Source: a virus
Lineage: Duplodnaviria; Caudoviricetes
Length of the DNA: 34,556 nucleotides
Direction: 5' to 3' (one strand)
Virus record (IMG/VR): IMGVR_UViG_3300020161_002875
Location: 1-34,556 of that record
Shown here: positions 17,401 to 25,000 of the stretch, in pieces
How positions within the stretch are numbered: position 1 is the stretch's first letter
How the letters are laid out: every line of letters begins with the position of its first letter
The notes under the pieces: generated by a model
Told to the model about the DNA's origin: nothing
What the model saw: the letters and a program-made list of their open reading frames with translations, nothing else
Databases searched by the model: none
Program-made: the position numbers and the translations under genes

Positions 17401-17449
17401 AACAATTATTTTTAGAACAACTCCACTAAAATATGATAATTACCTATAA
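5489..17449 (+). CDS. gp7: Giant baseplate wedge initiator gp7-like protein (3986 aa)
   Basis: Between gp6 and gp8; QLPDYVREEFP...FLKQYY N-terminus, KDFYSTRGT...FKILFKVLYG, IQDNFYYQNFSYSLKS...HTSGFKKF gp7-type motifs, padded with many repeat modules. Confidence 0.85.
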   Translation: MTEKRIQFNNVIQNQLPDYVREEFPLVAEFLKQYYISQEFQGSSTDLIQNVDQYLKLDTIKSNVESTTLTADITFSDETIEVSSTIGFPDSYGLLQIDDEVITYSNKTSTSFIGCIRGFSGVTSYSNQNKPEELVFKSTESADHSKETVEGDLTKVINLSSLFLKEFFNKIKYQLTPGFENREFYSGLDKYLFLKQSKDFYSTRGTDLSFKILFKVLYGEDVKIIKPQEYLTKPSDSQYEITNDLVVESITGDPYELERSTLKQDLYGDIPQGYASISRVEKIFAGSGKTYYKLSFDAGYNRDISVDGSLYGNFSIHPKTKLIGGVLSGANTLDVDSTVGFPIQGELSVVYSDGTEGVISYSSKSLNQFFGCQNVSKSILDGTDISLNTYAYGLSNKNSNELIKVRITSVLKDVDIVDDAYYYSTGDTGIIKTLGVNPPDDIVSNNWIFNISSGVDVLSLSLIDNISNIYSLTTKIAHNLKVGDSIKLLSNDGTSVTCSVSNVLSNSVIEISGQGSLNLTASYSIQRNLLKVNSEKYSDLANQIADVQNVYKIDSKTLVASSSLPYYNNQPLNASNRSIVFSGTFTGDTFIISFGEDHGFYTGDSVYYTPGQGSLFVEGLYFVKRVNQNSIKIAKSRANIYNSTFINLTDSITVSDSKFEDYDFHLRRLDSQKILREINSPVDDGKEYQTAPGPVGILVNGVELLNYKSKDKIFYGSIENIDIVNSGSGYDIINPPTLVINDSVGTGATGYCSVNGSLLEIRIIDPGFDYLEVPKINITGGNGVGAKASASMKLIDHQVSFNAESASALVNLSNNTIGFSTFHKFKNTEKVLYRTNAQKAVGGITTNSTYYVSVQDSYAIKLHKNFNDSMVGINTVTLTSFGVGNHALESYNKKSVISSINVESVGSNYQNKKRTTSSSGISTSLGEIEIKNHDYESGEIVRYSTSGSPIGGLTNNTNYYVTKLDKDNFKLSSVGIGTGDQDFYYKTNQYINLTSTGSGTHTFNYPQISVEVVGNIGISSVFKAQVQPIFRGEVTSIHLENSGVGYGSSEIINFSRDPNVTLNSGSESKLIPIINAGKIVEILINNPGKDYNSPPNLDILTNGNGVGAVLTPILENGQIKSVKVIESGVGYDKNNTSIIVSSSGVGAELKPQLKSWTINFVTRYINKITTDDGFIFYNPNSKYGLEYTHLYAPRKLRESLYAKESGGKILYGKNDLIRSNNIEVSSTNHSPIIGWAYDGNPIYGPYGFANKDGGSITRMKSGYILKQILDRPPFPSGFFVEDFEYKNINDDSVLDEYNGRFCITPDFPNGIYAYFVTIDEEASSSFGNYRLPVFPYIVGNKFKSKPNEFNFNRLSNQDDINLNQTKWARNTAPYNLLKDNASYAYLPLANILDQTVDVKYASPGSIDNIGIVTGGLNYKVNDKVLFDEKDTGGFGFASKVSRIAGKTVNSISVASTVINESEIYSLEGSKNLFFIQSNSPHSLLNEDIVSISGINTTTSLIDGFYTVGISTNILSVSSPSGISSVNVTGIVTYISVSGNLSDIKENDIFRIGVEKVKVLNVDKRSSRIRVLRSAEGTVGSAHSYTDILYEQPRRFSINVDDTISYGYKLNREIYFDPNESLGIGTLSGVGIGSTLSFSNLGVGASQIFIPTRTIYIPNHNFKTGDSLVYSTNTGSAVSISTNGSNSVLLTDQSTVFVAKITNDLIGISTVKVGLGTTGTFVGIATTTNTMSTLYFTGIGTGKYHSFKTNYPKLTCKVSKNVVTVSTAQTHGLTNNDDIFVNVNPGLSTTFTIKYNDYNRKVLVNPRSFVSANVNISSNSIFIQNHNFDNGQKVVYNATSPSGGLVNNKIYYVVVFDANTVKLSNSYYSAVGLNPEIVDITSTSDGTLSAINPPIKVYKDSTVTFDLSDSSLSYQNGSVQYSAFEFNFYIDSNYTQIFDKSNLSKTFDVTRSGRIGIDTGSKVTLLVSNNLPQKLYYKLDPVYDATLPQVKEEINVDSSVRSNNEVQVVFSGYNGKHRITSIASTSFTYNVRELPESTIYDSSSRLSYETTSLSAFGSVSKVDIKSKGQNYLSLPKFSKVVSSNGTGSILTASGESIGKIQKTKLNDIGFDFSCDFTVRPNLFLPQILKIEPLNSIDFIGITSTGRGYTTAPKLIVLDGKNNQVLPEVDVRYSLGDNYVTILNNTYRLNDIAPSIIPTQNSNGVGIGSIFYNSTNKNVTVTLSVGFSTANSFPFAVNDKVLIENVSVGVNTTGKGFNSENYDYQLFTITAVDENLGGIGTVTYNLSNYLSLDEVPGTYDPINSSGRIIPEKYFPKFNVGLKPNNFSKNEQVRYSTQQTPLGFVEDWNEKTKYLKISSREVIKEENIIEGVSSKTQGKISSAIKSEGFINLGAYSKTENGSIKETGVLNNQLQRIQDNFYYQNFSYSLKSKVPYDTWENAVGSLNHTSGFKKFSDYQLESFGYSGISTDVVSSIDVTSDIDGLANLNCVYDFDLAKENFLISGSRTISDEITFSSRILIDYYESISNRVLSVDDISGEFNSNIRATKFSIVHRFFLADARAQKYVTYVKDRRYDSQRQLMLLTLLHDNNIGYLNQYGRVESVYDLGSFDFEVEDSEGLILFYPQKYRVNDYDVTTLTYNVKDSFVGIGSTILGNIVSLETNTTFVSSGSTTIIGIGTTYTSSKILVEISGNGGQYQFNELNLIHDGTNIELLDYGQLTSHSTDSFSSSGLGTYYAYFSGTKLKIDFTPNVGLAASISTIQVAIADTSVSGIGTFDIKYARFGATTTSIASTTFPTQNIIAEYPDTYGGGYFIVQVSDITNNRHQLSEVIVIDDGNDSYFTEFGNIETHSGLGTVGAAKSTSSTKLTFTPLPSIDTQVKVFFNSLTNFDENNVISQYNNSTATTDYNVYYGTEKDSKLSFDLKHQGNPIFKKYFDGSSSSVVSIASSTIKIQNHFFVTGESVTYSAGIPTATTVPIGIASTDFGVGIGITNKLPSTVYVIKIDENNIKLARSAEDALKIIPKPLNITSVGIGTSHSFTSFKQNEKLLISIDNVIQSPVALTSTTTYLSANLRSVDDLLYSDSILGLFAGDLLRIDNEIMKIESVGIGSTNTIRVSRPWMGTKISSHSIGTSITKVNGNYNVVDNKINFVEAPYGNIPFGTTTGSNDERDWVGITSSSYFHGRVFLRSGITNSSNESYDKNYIFDDISSKFNGSQNTFSLTSNGSNLIDIFERNAIVLVNEIFQQPGLTKNYTLNESAGITTISFVTSTSFQVSDINSSNSPAGGIIVSVGSTKGFGYQPLVSAGGTAVVSSAGTISAISIGNSGSGYRSSIQTLSGIATVAVRVGVSTSTTGTPNIQFIGTAAVSNGNIVSIAITNPGIGYTTSNPPYVIIDAPLSYSDVPLIYSASSSGIGTRATIDVVVGQGSSIIEFEIKNTGYSYKPGDILTVPVGGATGIPTTPNSVLEEFKITIENVDRDKFSGWSIGELQVFDDIQQLFDGNRIIFPLSLDANSISVYAQKGSLINIQDVLLVFINDILQVPGKGYIFNGGSKIQFTEAPQLDDTCKILFYKGSGEGIDVVFRDVVDSVKIGDDLQLTYDSFNEQSPNLLENERKVVDVLSIEAVETNPYFGPGNTSNTTLTRPINWIRQTEDLIINEKEIGKDREFYEPLIYPTTHIIQSIGIGSTTIFVENLRPFFNPSNENSISINFQNNITIVSQDSKVSASATAIVSAGGTITSIEILDGGFGYETAPIITIQKPIGIGLTTSTAISSITSGIVTSISITGVVTGYSQSNPPIVLIDPPIVDTESNRVVSYEGDFGIISGISTISVGIASTGIVFDFVIPQDSLLRKGLITGITTISGIQTGYYFVISNSNIGNGVTSINSYGSIVGSGTSFLDGVYEVSSVSIAQTSAVGFGVTYVAKVTVSVTNYNGLSGIGYSNNYGNFSWGKILLRSRSKQNSYNAYPNNGYSGISTGTIIFRTTPLKYDNYL

Positions 17450-17455
17450 TAAATA
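17448..17455 (+). promoter_or_regulatory. T4-like late promoter
   Basis: AATAAATA overlapping the gp7 stop, 19 nt before gp8. Confidence 0.7.
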
Positions 17456-17474
17456 GATAAAAAACTCCTCCCAA

Positions 17475-19040
17475 ATGTCTGCAATTATAACTGATCAGAT
17501 TAGAATATTAAATGCCAAAAACTTTGTTGCTGGAGTAACTACCTCTGCAAATTCATATTATACTTTTGTTGGTCTTCCAAATCCAACAGATATTCAAAGT
17601 GATTGGGATACAAATCCACCATCACCAAGAGATAGTTTTGACGAAGAAAATAATTATTGGGATACAATGATTGCTTTGAAGAAAATAAATTCTTCAGATG
17701 TGCGTCAAGTAATCCAAAAAAGATTGTGGTCTTCAGGCACAACTTATGACTATTATAGGCATGACTATAGCAGATCAAATATTGCTCCAGTTTCTGGGTC
17801 AACAAGTTTATATTCTACATTTTACTATGTTTTAAATAGTGATTATAGAGTTTATATTTGCCTTCAGAATGGAACTGACCCAACTTATCCAAGTGGAAGA
17901 CCTTCCTTAGATGAGCCAACATTTGTAGACTTGGAACCAAGATCGGCTGGAACAAGTGGAGATGGATATGTTTGGAAATATCTCTATACAATCAAACCAA
18001 GCGATATTGTAAAATTTGAATCAACAAACTTTATGCCTGTTCCATTGGAATGGGAAACAAGTGCAGATAACGCTTCAGTTAGAAATAATGCCGTTGATGG
18101 TTCAATTAAAATAATCACAGTTACAAATAGGGGAGTTGGTATAGGAACTGCAAATAAAACATACACAAGAGTTCCTGTCAAAGGAGATGGAACTGGGGCA
18201 GAATGTACAATTGTTGTCAACAATGATCAACAAGTAGAATCTGTGGTAGTATCAAGTCAAGGTTCTGGGTATACATATGGAAATGTTGACTTGGTTGTCG
18301 GAAATGTTCCAACAGGATCAGTTAGACCATCATTTGATGTAATTATTCCCCCAAAAGGTGGACATGGTGCAGACATTTATAGAGAATTGGGTGCATATAA
18401 TGTTTTATTATATTCTAGAATTGAAAATGATTCGCAAAATCCCGACTTCATAACAGGAAATCAAATTGCAAGGGTTGGTGTAGTCGAAAATCCAAAGCAA
18501 TTTGGATCGACTCAGTTATTGAATACAGACAAAGCAAGTGCTGCATATGCAATAAGATTATCTGGTGCTGGATATAGTTCTGCAACCTTTGCTGCAGATT
18601 CATTAATCACTCAAACTGTGGGTACAGGAATAACTGCTTCTGGTAGAGTAATTAGCTACGATCAAATAACAGGTGTTCTCAAATATTGGCAAGATAGGAC
18701 TCTCTCTGGATTTGGCACAGGAAGTACATCAGTAGGAATAGCACAAACAAATCCACAATATGGATTTGATCTTATTGAATTTACGAGTAACACATCGTCT
18801 GGTGGCAGTTTAGTTATTGCCGGAAATACCGGGGCCACATTATCAATTAGTACATCTTTTACTGGTATATCTACAGTAATAAATAGTAGGACCTACTATC
18901 TTGGTCAGTCTTTTGTAAACGGTCTTTCGAATCCAGAGGTTAAAAAATACTCAGGAAACATCATTTACATTGATAACAGACCAGCAATTACCAGATCATC
19001 AAACCAAAAAGAAGATATCAAAGTCATTTTGCAGTTCTAA
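17475..19040 (+). CDS. gp8: Baseplate wedge subunit gp8
   Basis: MSAIITDQIRILNA, YRVYICLQN, GDGYVWKYLYTI, YSGNIIYIDNRPAITRSSNQKEDIKVILQF C-terminus. Confidence 0.92.
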   Translation: MSAIITDQIRILNAKNFVAGVTTSANSYYTFVGLPNPTDIQSDWDTNPPSPRDSFDEENNYWDTMIALKKINSSDVRQVIQKRLWSSGTTYDYYRHDYSRSNIAPVSGSTSLYSTFYYVLNSDYRVYICLQNGTDPTYPSGRPSLDEPTFVDLEPRSAGTSGDGYVWKYLYTIKPSDIVKFESTNFMPVPLEWETSADNASVRNNAVDGSIKIITVTNRGVGIGTANKTYTRVPVKGDGTGAECTIVVNNDQQVESVVVSSQGSGYTYGNVDLVVGNVPTGSVRPSFDVIIPPKGGHGADIYRELGAYNVLLYSRIENDSQNPDFITGNQIARVGVVENPKQFGSTQLLNTDKASAAYAIRLSGAGYSSATFAADSLITQTVGTGITASGRVISYDQITGVLKYWQDRTLSGFGTGSTSVGIAQTNPQYGFDLIEFTSNTSSGGSLVIAGNTGATLSISTSFTGISTVINSRTYYLGQSFVNGLSNPEVKKYSGNIIYIDNRPAITRSSNQKEDIKVILQF

Positions 19041-19046
19041 AGAATT

Positions 19047-22000
19047 ATGTCCCAAGTAACAAATCTCAATGTATCGCCATATTTTGACGATTTTGATGCA
19101 AACAATGACTATTATAAGGTTCTTTTTAAGCCTGGATATCCAATTCAAGCGAGAGAACTGACAACTCTACAAACTATTTTACAAAATCAAGTTGAAAAGT
19201 TTGGTCAGCACTTTTTTAAAGAAGGTGCAAAAGTAATTCCAGGTAATACCTCATATAATCAGTATTACTATGCGGTAGAGTTGAATAATACTTATTTGGG
19301 CGTTCCTCTAGATGCATATGCAGAACAACTTGTTGGGGCAAAGATTACTGGACAAACTTCTGGGATCACTGCAGTAGTAGAAAAAGTATTGCTATCTACT
19401 GATTCTGAAAGGGGTAATGTTACTTTATATGTAAATTATTTAAGTTCCAGCACACAAAATAATTCAACAGTTCAATTCTTAGATGGGGAAAGTCTTTCTT
19501 CGAATATTACCATTACCTCTGGATTACTTGGAAATACTTCCATCTCGGTAGGAACTCCATTTGGAATCACTATTGCAAGTAATGCAACTTCTATTGGATC
19601 TGCATTTTCGATTGCAGAAGGTGTATATTTTATAAGAGGATACTTTGTAACAGTAAATACAGAGACTCTTATTTTAGATCAATATTCAAATAATCCAAAT
19701 TATAGAGTAGGATTGTTTATAAATGAAGAGGTTATTAATTCAGATATTGATGAGGCATTAAACGATAATTCTCAAGGATTCAATAATTATGCTGCTCCAG
19801 GAGCAGATAGATTAAAAATTTCAGTATCCCTATTTAAAAAAGATTTAACTGACTTTAACGATAATAATTTTGTTGAGTTAGCAACTATTACGGATGGTGT
19901 AATAAGAACTGTTAGAACACCTAAAGACTACAATTTAATCCAAGATGAGTTAGCAAGAAGAACTTACGCAGAATCTGGAGACTATTACATAACTCCATTT
20001 GACCTGAGCATCAAAGAATCTTTAAATGATGGTTTAGGTAACAGAGGTGTATTTAATCAAGGACAATTTACTTATGGTGGGTCTACCCCATCTGAGAATC
20101 TTGCGTTATACCAGATCTCTCCCGGAAAGGCATTTGTTAGGGGATATGAAGTAGAAACTACGTCTCCAGTGTTTTTAGATATTGATAAACCAAGAACAAC
20201 ATCAACACTCAAAAATCTATCAATTAATTATAATACAGGTTCAACTTTTACTTTAAACAGGGTATTTGGATCTCCCAGCATTGGTATAGGAAATACTTAC
20301 GTATTGAGTTTGAGAGATTCTAGGGTTGGTACAGCATCCTTAACACCAGCGGGGAAAGAAATTGGTGTAGCTAGAGTTTATGATTTTAGATTGGAATCTG
20401 GTTCATATGACACAAATAACCAAAATCTAAACCAGTGGAACATTTCTCTATATGATGTCCAAACAACAACGGAAATAACATTAAATGAGCCAATCACTCT
20501 GTCTGTTCCAACTTTTATAAAAGGAAAAAATAGTGGAGCGACTGCATTTTTGAAGAGTTCCGTAACTAATAGTGCATCTATTGTTCTTTATCAAAAAAGT
20601 GGTGATTTTATTCCAAATGAATCTTTTATAATCGATGGAATTGGAAATAATAGGGTTGCTATAGCTATTACATCATATGGTGTTTCTGATGTAAAATCCG
20701 TATATGGTATTGTTGGAACAGCAAATACTTTTAATGCAGATACGGTACAGTCAGACCTTTTTAACGTTGGCATTGCCACTATTAGTGCATCAAGTGGTGG
20801 TATAAGCACCATTACAAGCACAAATGAAAATTTCCCAGGAAAAATCGTTAAGGTTGGAAATCTTATTAAGTTTAGTAATAATTCAACATCACTGCCAGTA
20901 TATGTTAATGTTGTAAGTGTTGGAAAAACAACAGTAACAGTATCTGGTGTTGCAACGGTAACTGATATAAATCAGGGAGGACTTCCAGCATCAACTCTAG
21001 GTGTATCTGATTTAAAAATCCTTGGCACAAAATTATCAAGATCGACTGATGATACATTATATACTATTTTACCCAGACCTAATGTATCATCTGTAGATCT
21101 TACTAACGCTTCATTAACAGTTAGAAAAACTTTTAACGTTACTATTGCAAATAATCAATTATCAACACCAGTCACTGCAGGAAATAATGAAACATTTTTG
21201 TCATTTGATGAAGAAAGATATTCTCTAATCAGAACAGATGGAAGCACTGAAGTTCTTACTTCTGATAAGTTTGATTTTATTAATGGATCAACTCAAATTC
21301 AAATTTATAATCTAGGAACAAATGATACTGCAACTCTAGTTGCTACCCTAAGAAAGATTAATCCCAAATCAAAAATCAAATTAAAAAATAGAGTTTCTTC
21401 CTTGATTATTGATAGATCAAAATATGAAGCGTCTGGAATTGGAGCAACTACCTTAGATGATGGTCTAATTTATGGAAACTATCCATATGGAACGAGAGTT
21501 CAAGATGAAAATATTTCACTCAATACTCCCGATATTATTAAAGTTTATGGAATCTATGAATCTAAGACAACTTCAAATCCATCTTCACCAACTTTAGTAC
21601 TTTCTTCGATAAGTGGACCAACAACAAAAACTACAGATTTGATTATTGGCGAACAGTTTATTGGTCAATTGAGTGGTGCAATTGGTGTATGTGCCGAAAG
21701 AATAACTGATTCGCAAATATCATTCATTCTTCTAAATGAGAACACTTTTAAAGAAGGAGAAACGATTACATTCTCTGAGTCAAATATTCAAGCAGTTATT
21801 ACTACTATAGATTCCCCAAGTTCTAACATTTCATCAAACTTTAAGTTTGATAATGGACAAAAAGGATCTTTCTATGGATATGGTGCAATTAATCGCGTAC
21901 CAGATTCCCCGGAACCAACCAGAAAAATAAAGGTATATTTTGCAAGCGGATACTATCAAAGTTCCGATGATGGTGATATTACAACGATAGAATCTTATCG

Positions 22001-25000
22001 TGGTTTTGATTATAAGGACGACATTCAAGTTGTAAATTCAGTTAGAAACTCTGATATGATAGATATCAGACCAAGAGTTTCTGCATATACTTTAACAGAA
22101 AATTCAAGATCTCCACTGGAATTCTATGGAAGACTTTTTAATGGATCTGGTAATTCGGCAGCAAATATTTTAGCTTCTGATGAGTCTATTGTTACTACAT
22201 TTTCATATTATCTTGGAAGAATTGATAGAATTTATGTCCGCAAAGATGGATCATTCCAAGTTAAATATGGAGTTCCTTCTGAAAATCCACAAAAATCAAC
22301 TTCTACAGAAGATGCATTAGAAATCGCAACTGTAACGTTGCCACCATATCTTTTTGATATTTCCCAAGCTTCTGTTCAATTCCTTGAGCATAAGGCATAT
22401 AGAATGGTTGATATTAAACAACTTGAGAATAGGATTAAAAGTTTAGAATACTACACTTCTTTATCGTTACTCGAAACAAACACTGCAAATTTATTCATTT
22501 CCGATTCTAGTGGTCTTAATAGATTTAAATCAGGATTCTTTGTGGATAATTTTAGTTCACTGAACTCCCAAGAAAGTGGAATTCCTTTTGAAAATAGTAT
22601 TGATCCAAAAAATAAAGAATTAAGGCCAAAACACTATACAACATCAATTGATTTGATTCAAGGGCCCGTTGAAGGTTTAGATCCATTAGCAGATCTCGCA
22701 TTCGAAACACCGGAGGGTAATAATATAAGAAAAACTGGAGACTTGATTACCTTAGATTATGCGGAGGTTGAGTGGTTAAAACAGTCCTTTGCAACAAGAA
22801 CTGAAAATGTAACTCCATTTGTAATTAGTTTCTGGCAAGGAACAATCGAATTAACTCCATCAACTGACACTTGGGTTGATACGGTTCGTTTGGATTCAAA
22901 AGTCATTGATGCTGAAGGCAATTACGCACAAACAATGGCTTTATCTCAACAACAATTAAATGTTGATCCACAGACCGGATATGCTCCTACTGTTTGGGGA
23001 TCCTGGGAAACTAATTGGACCGGAAAAGAAGTTGTAGAAACTTTTGACATAAGAACAACGACAGTTTGGGAGGGTAATCGAACAACGACTAGTGTTTTTA
23101 GAGACACCTTAAATGAAACAAAAGAAACTGGAATCAAGTCAAGAACAGGAACAACGACTTTTATTACTGAACAATTTGATAGAACTTCGGTTGGAGATAG
23201 AGTTGTAAGTAGAGACTTAGTTCAATATCTAAGATCTAGAAATATTCAATTTGTTGCAAAAAATGTTAAACCATCAACGCAACTTTATGCTTTCTTTGAT
23301 GGAATTGATGTCACCAAATATTGTACCCCTAAATTACTAGAGATCACAATGATTTCTGGCGTCTTTGAAGTTGGAGAAACTGTTATTGGTTCCATTCAAT
23401 CCACGGGATTTGGTTTAGCAGTAGTTGGTGAAAATGAGTCAAAAATTACTCTTAGAGTTTCTCAGTCAAATCATAAGGAAGGACCTTATAATAATCCAAC
23501 ATCAACATATTCATTAAATCCATATACAAACCAAACTCTCCCCTCCGTTTATTCATCAACTAGTGCAATTTTAAATGTTGATACATTTTCTCTATGTTCT
23601 AAACCCCAAGGTGAATTTGCAGGTTGGGTTCAGTCAGGAATGGTACTGGTAGGAAAAAATAGTGGTGCTCAGGCAACTATTTCGAATGTTAGATTAGTAA
23701 CCGATGCATATACTTCTTTAATTGGAAGTTTTTATGTACCAAACCCCAATATATCAATTAATCCAAGATTTGAAAATGGTTCAAAGGTTTTTGTTTTAAC
23801 AAATAGTCCAATTAATGATAAAAATCTTGCATCTACTATCTCCGAAGAGACTTTCACTTCGAGTGGAATTATAGAAACATCACAAGAAACTATAATTTCC
23901 ACAAGAAACGCTAGATTTAATCAACAACAAAATTTCCAAGAAGAACAGGTAACTAGAACATCTGGTCTTCAACTTGTGTCGAGTAGTCTACTTAACCAGA
24001 GTATCGCCTGGCATGACCCATTAGCACAATCATTCTTAGTTGATGAAGAGAGTGGTATTTTCCTCACAAAATGCGATGTATTCTTTGCAACAAAAGACGA
24101 TACGGATATTCCTGTATTTTTACAAATTAGAACTATGCAGGGTGGATATCCAACGCAAACGATTATTCCATTCTCCGAAATTGTATTAGACCCAGAACAA
24201 GTTAATCTTTCTAACGACGGAACAGTTGCAACTTCATTTGTTTTTAAATCTCCAGTTTACCTTGAAGGAGGAAAGGAATATTGTATTGTCGTTGGATCAA
24301 ACTCAAGCAAATACAATGTTTTCATCTCTAGAGTTGGTGAAGTTGATTTATTAACTCAATCTTATATTTCAAATCAACCATATCTTGGATCACTATTTAA
24401 ATCACAAAATGCTTCAACTTGGGATGCAAGCCAATGGGAGGACCTCAAATTTACGTTATATAGGGCTAATTTCTTAAGTTCTGGTAGTGTGGAATTTTAT
24501 AGTCCAGAATTATCTCCAGGAAACTCACAAGTTCCAACTTTATTACCAAATTCACTTGCATTAAATTCCAGAAAAGTTAGAATAGGTTTGTCAAGTGCAG
24601 TTGCCGATAGTGGTATAACCTTAGGTAATACTGTTCTTCAGCAAGAAACAAATGCGACAGGAAATTATGTAGGAAATGCAGGTATTGCTACTGGAACTCT
24701 TCAAGTTATTAATGCTGGTATAGGATACACCCCATCTTCTGGAAGTTTAACTTTCAATAGTGTAAATCTTGTTACGGTGACGGGAAATGGCAGAAATGCA
24801 AAAGCCAATATTACAATTTCAAACGGAGTTGCTATAGCAGCAACAGTTGTCACTTCGGGTAATGGATATCAGGTTGGTGATGTATTGGGAATTTCTACAC
24901 TTGGATCAGTTCCAAGTGGAAGAAATGCATTATTCTCTCTCGTTTCTATTGCAAGTACAAATGAACTCATTCTTGATAATGTACAAGGTGATTTCTCTAT

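Noticed and set aside
18878-18885. AATAAATA inside gp8 as a late promoter for the VrlC-like gene
   Set aside because: Coding-internal 8-mer in AT-rich DNA ~160 nt from the start; cannot be separated from chance
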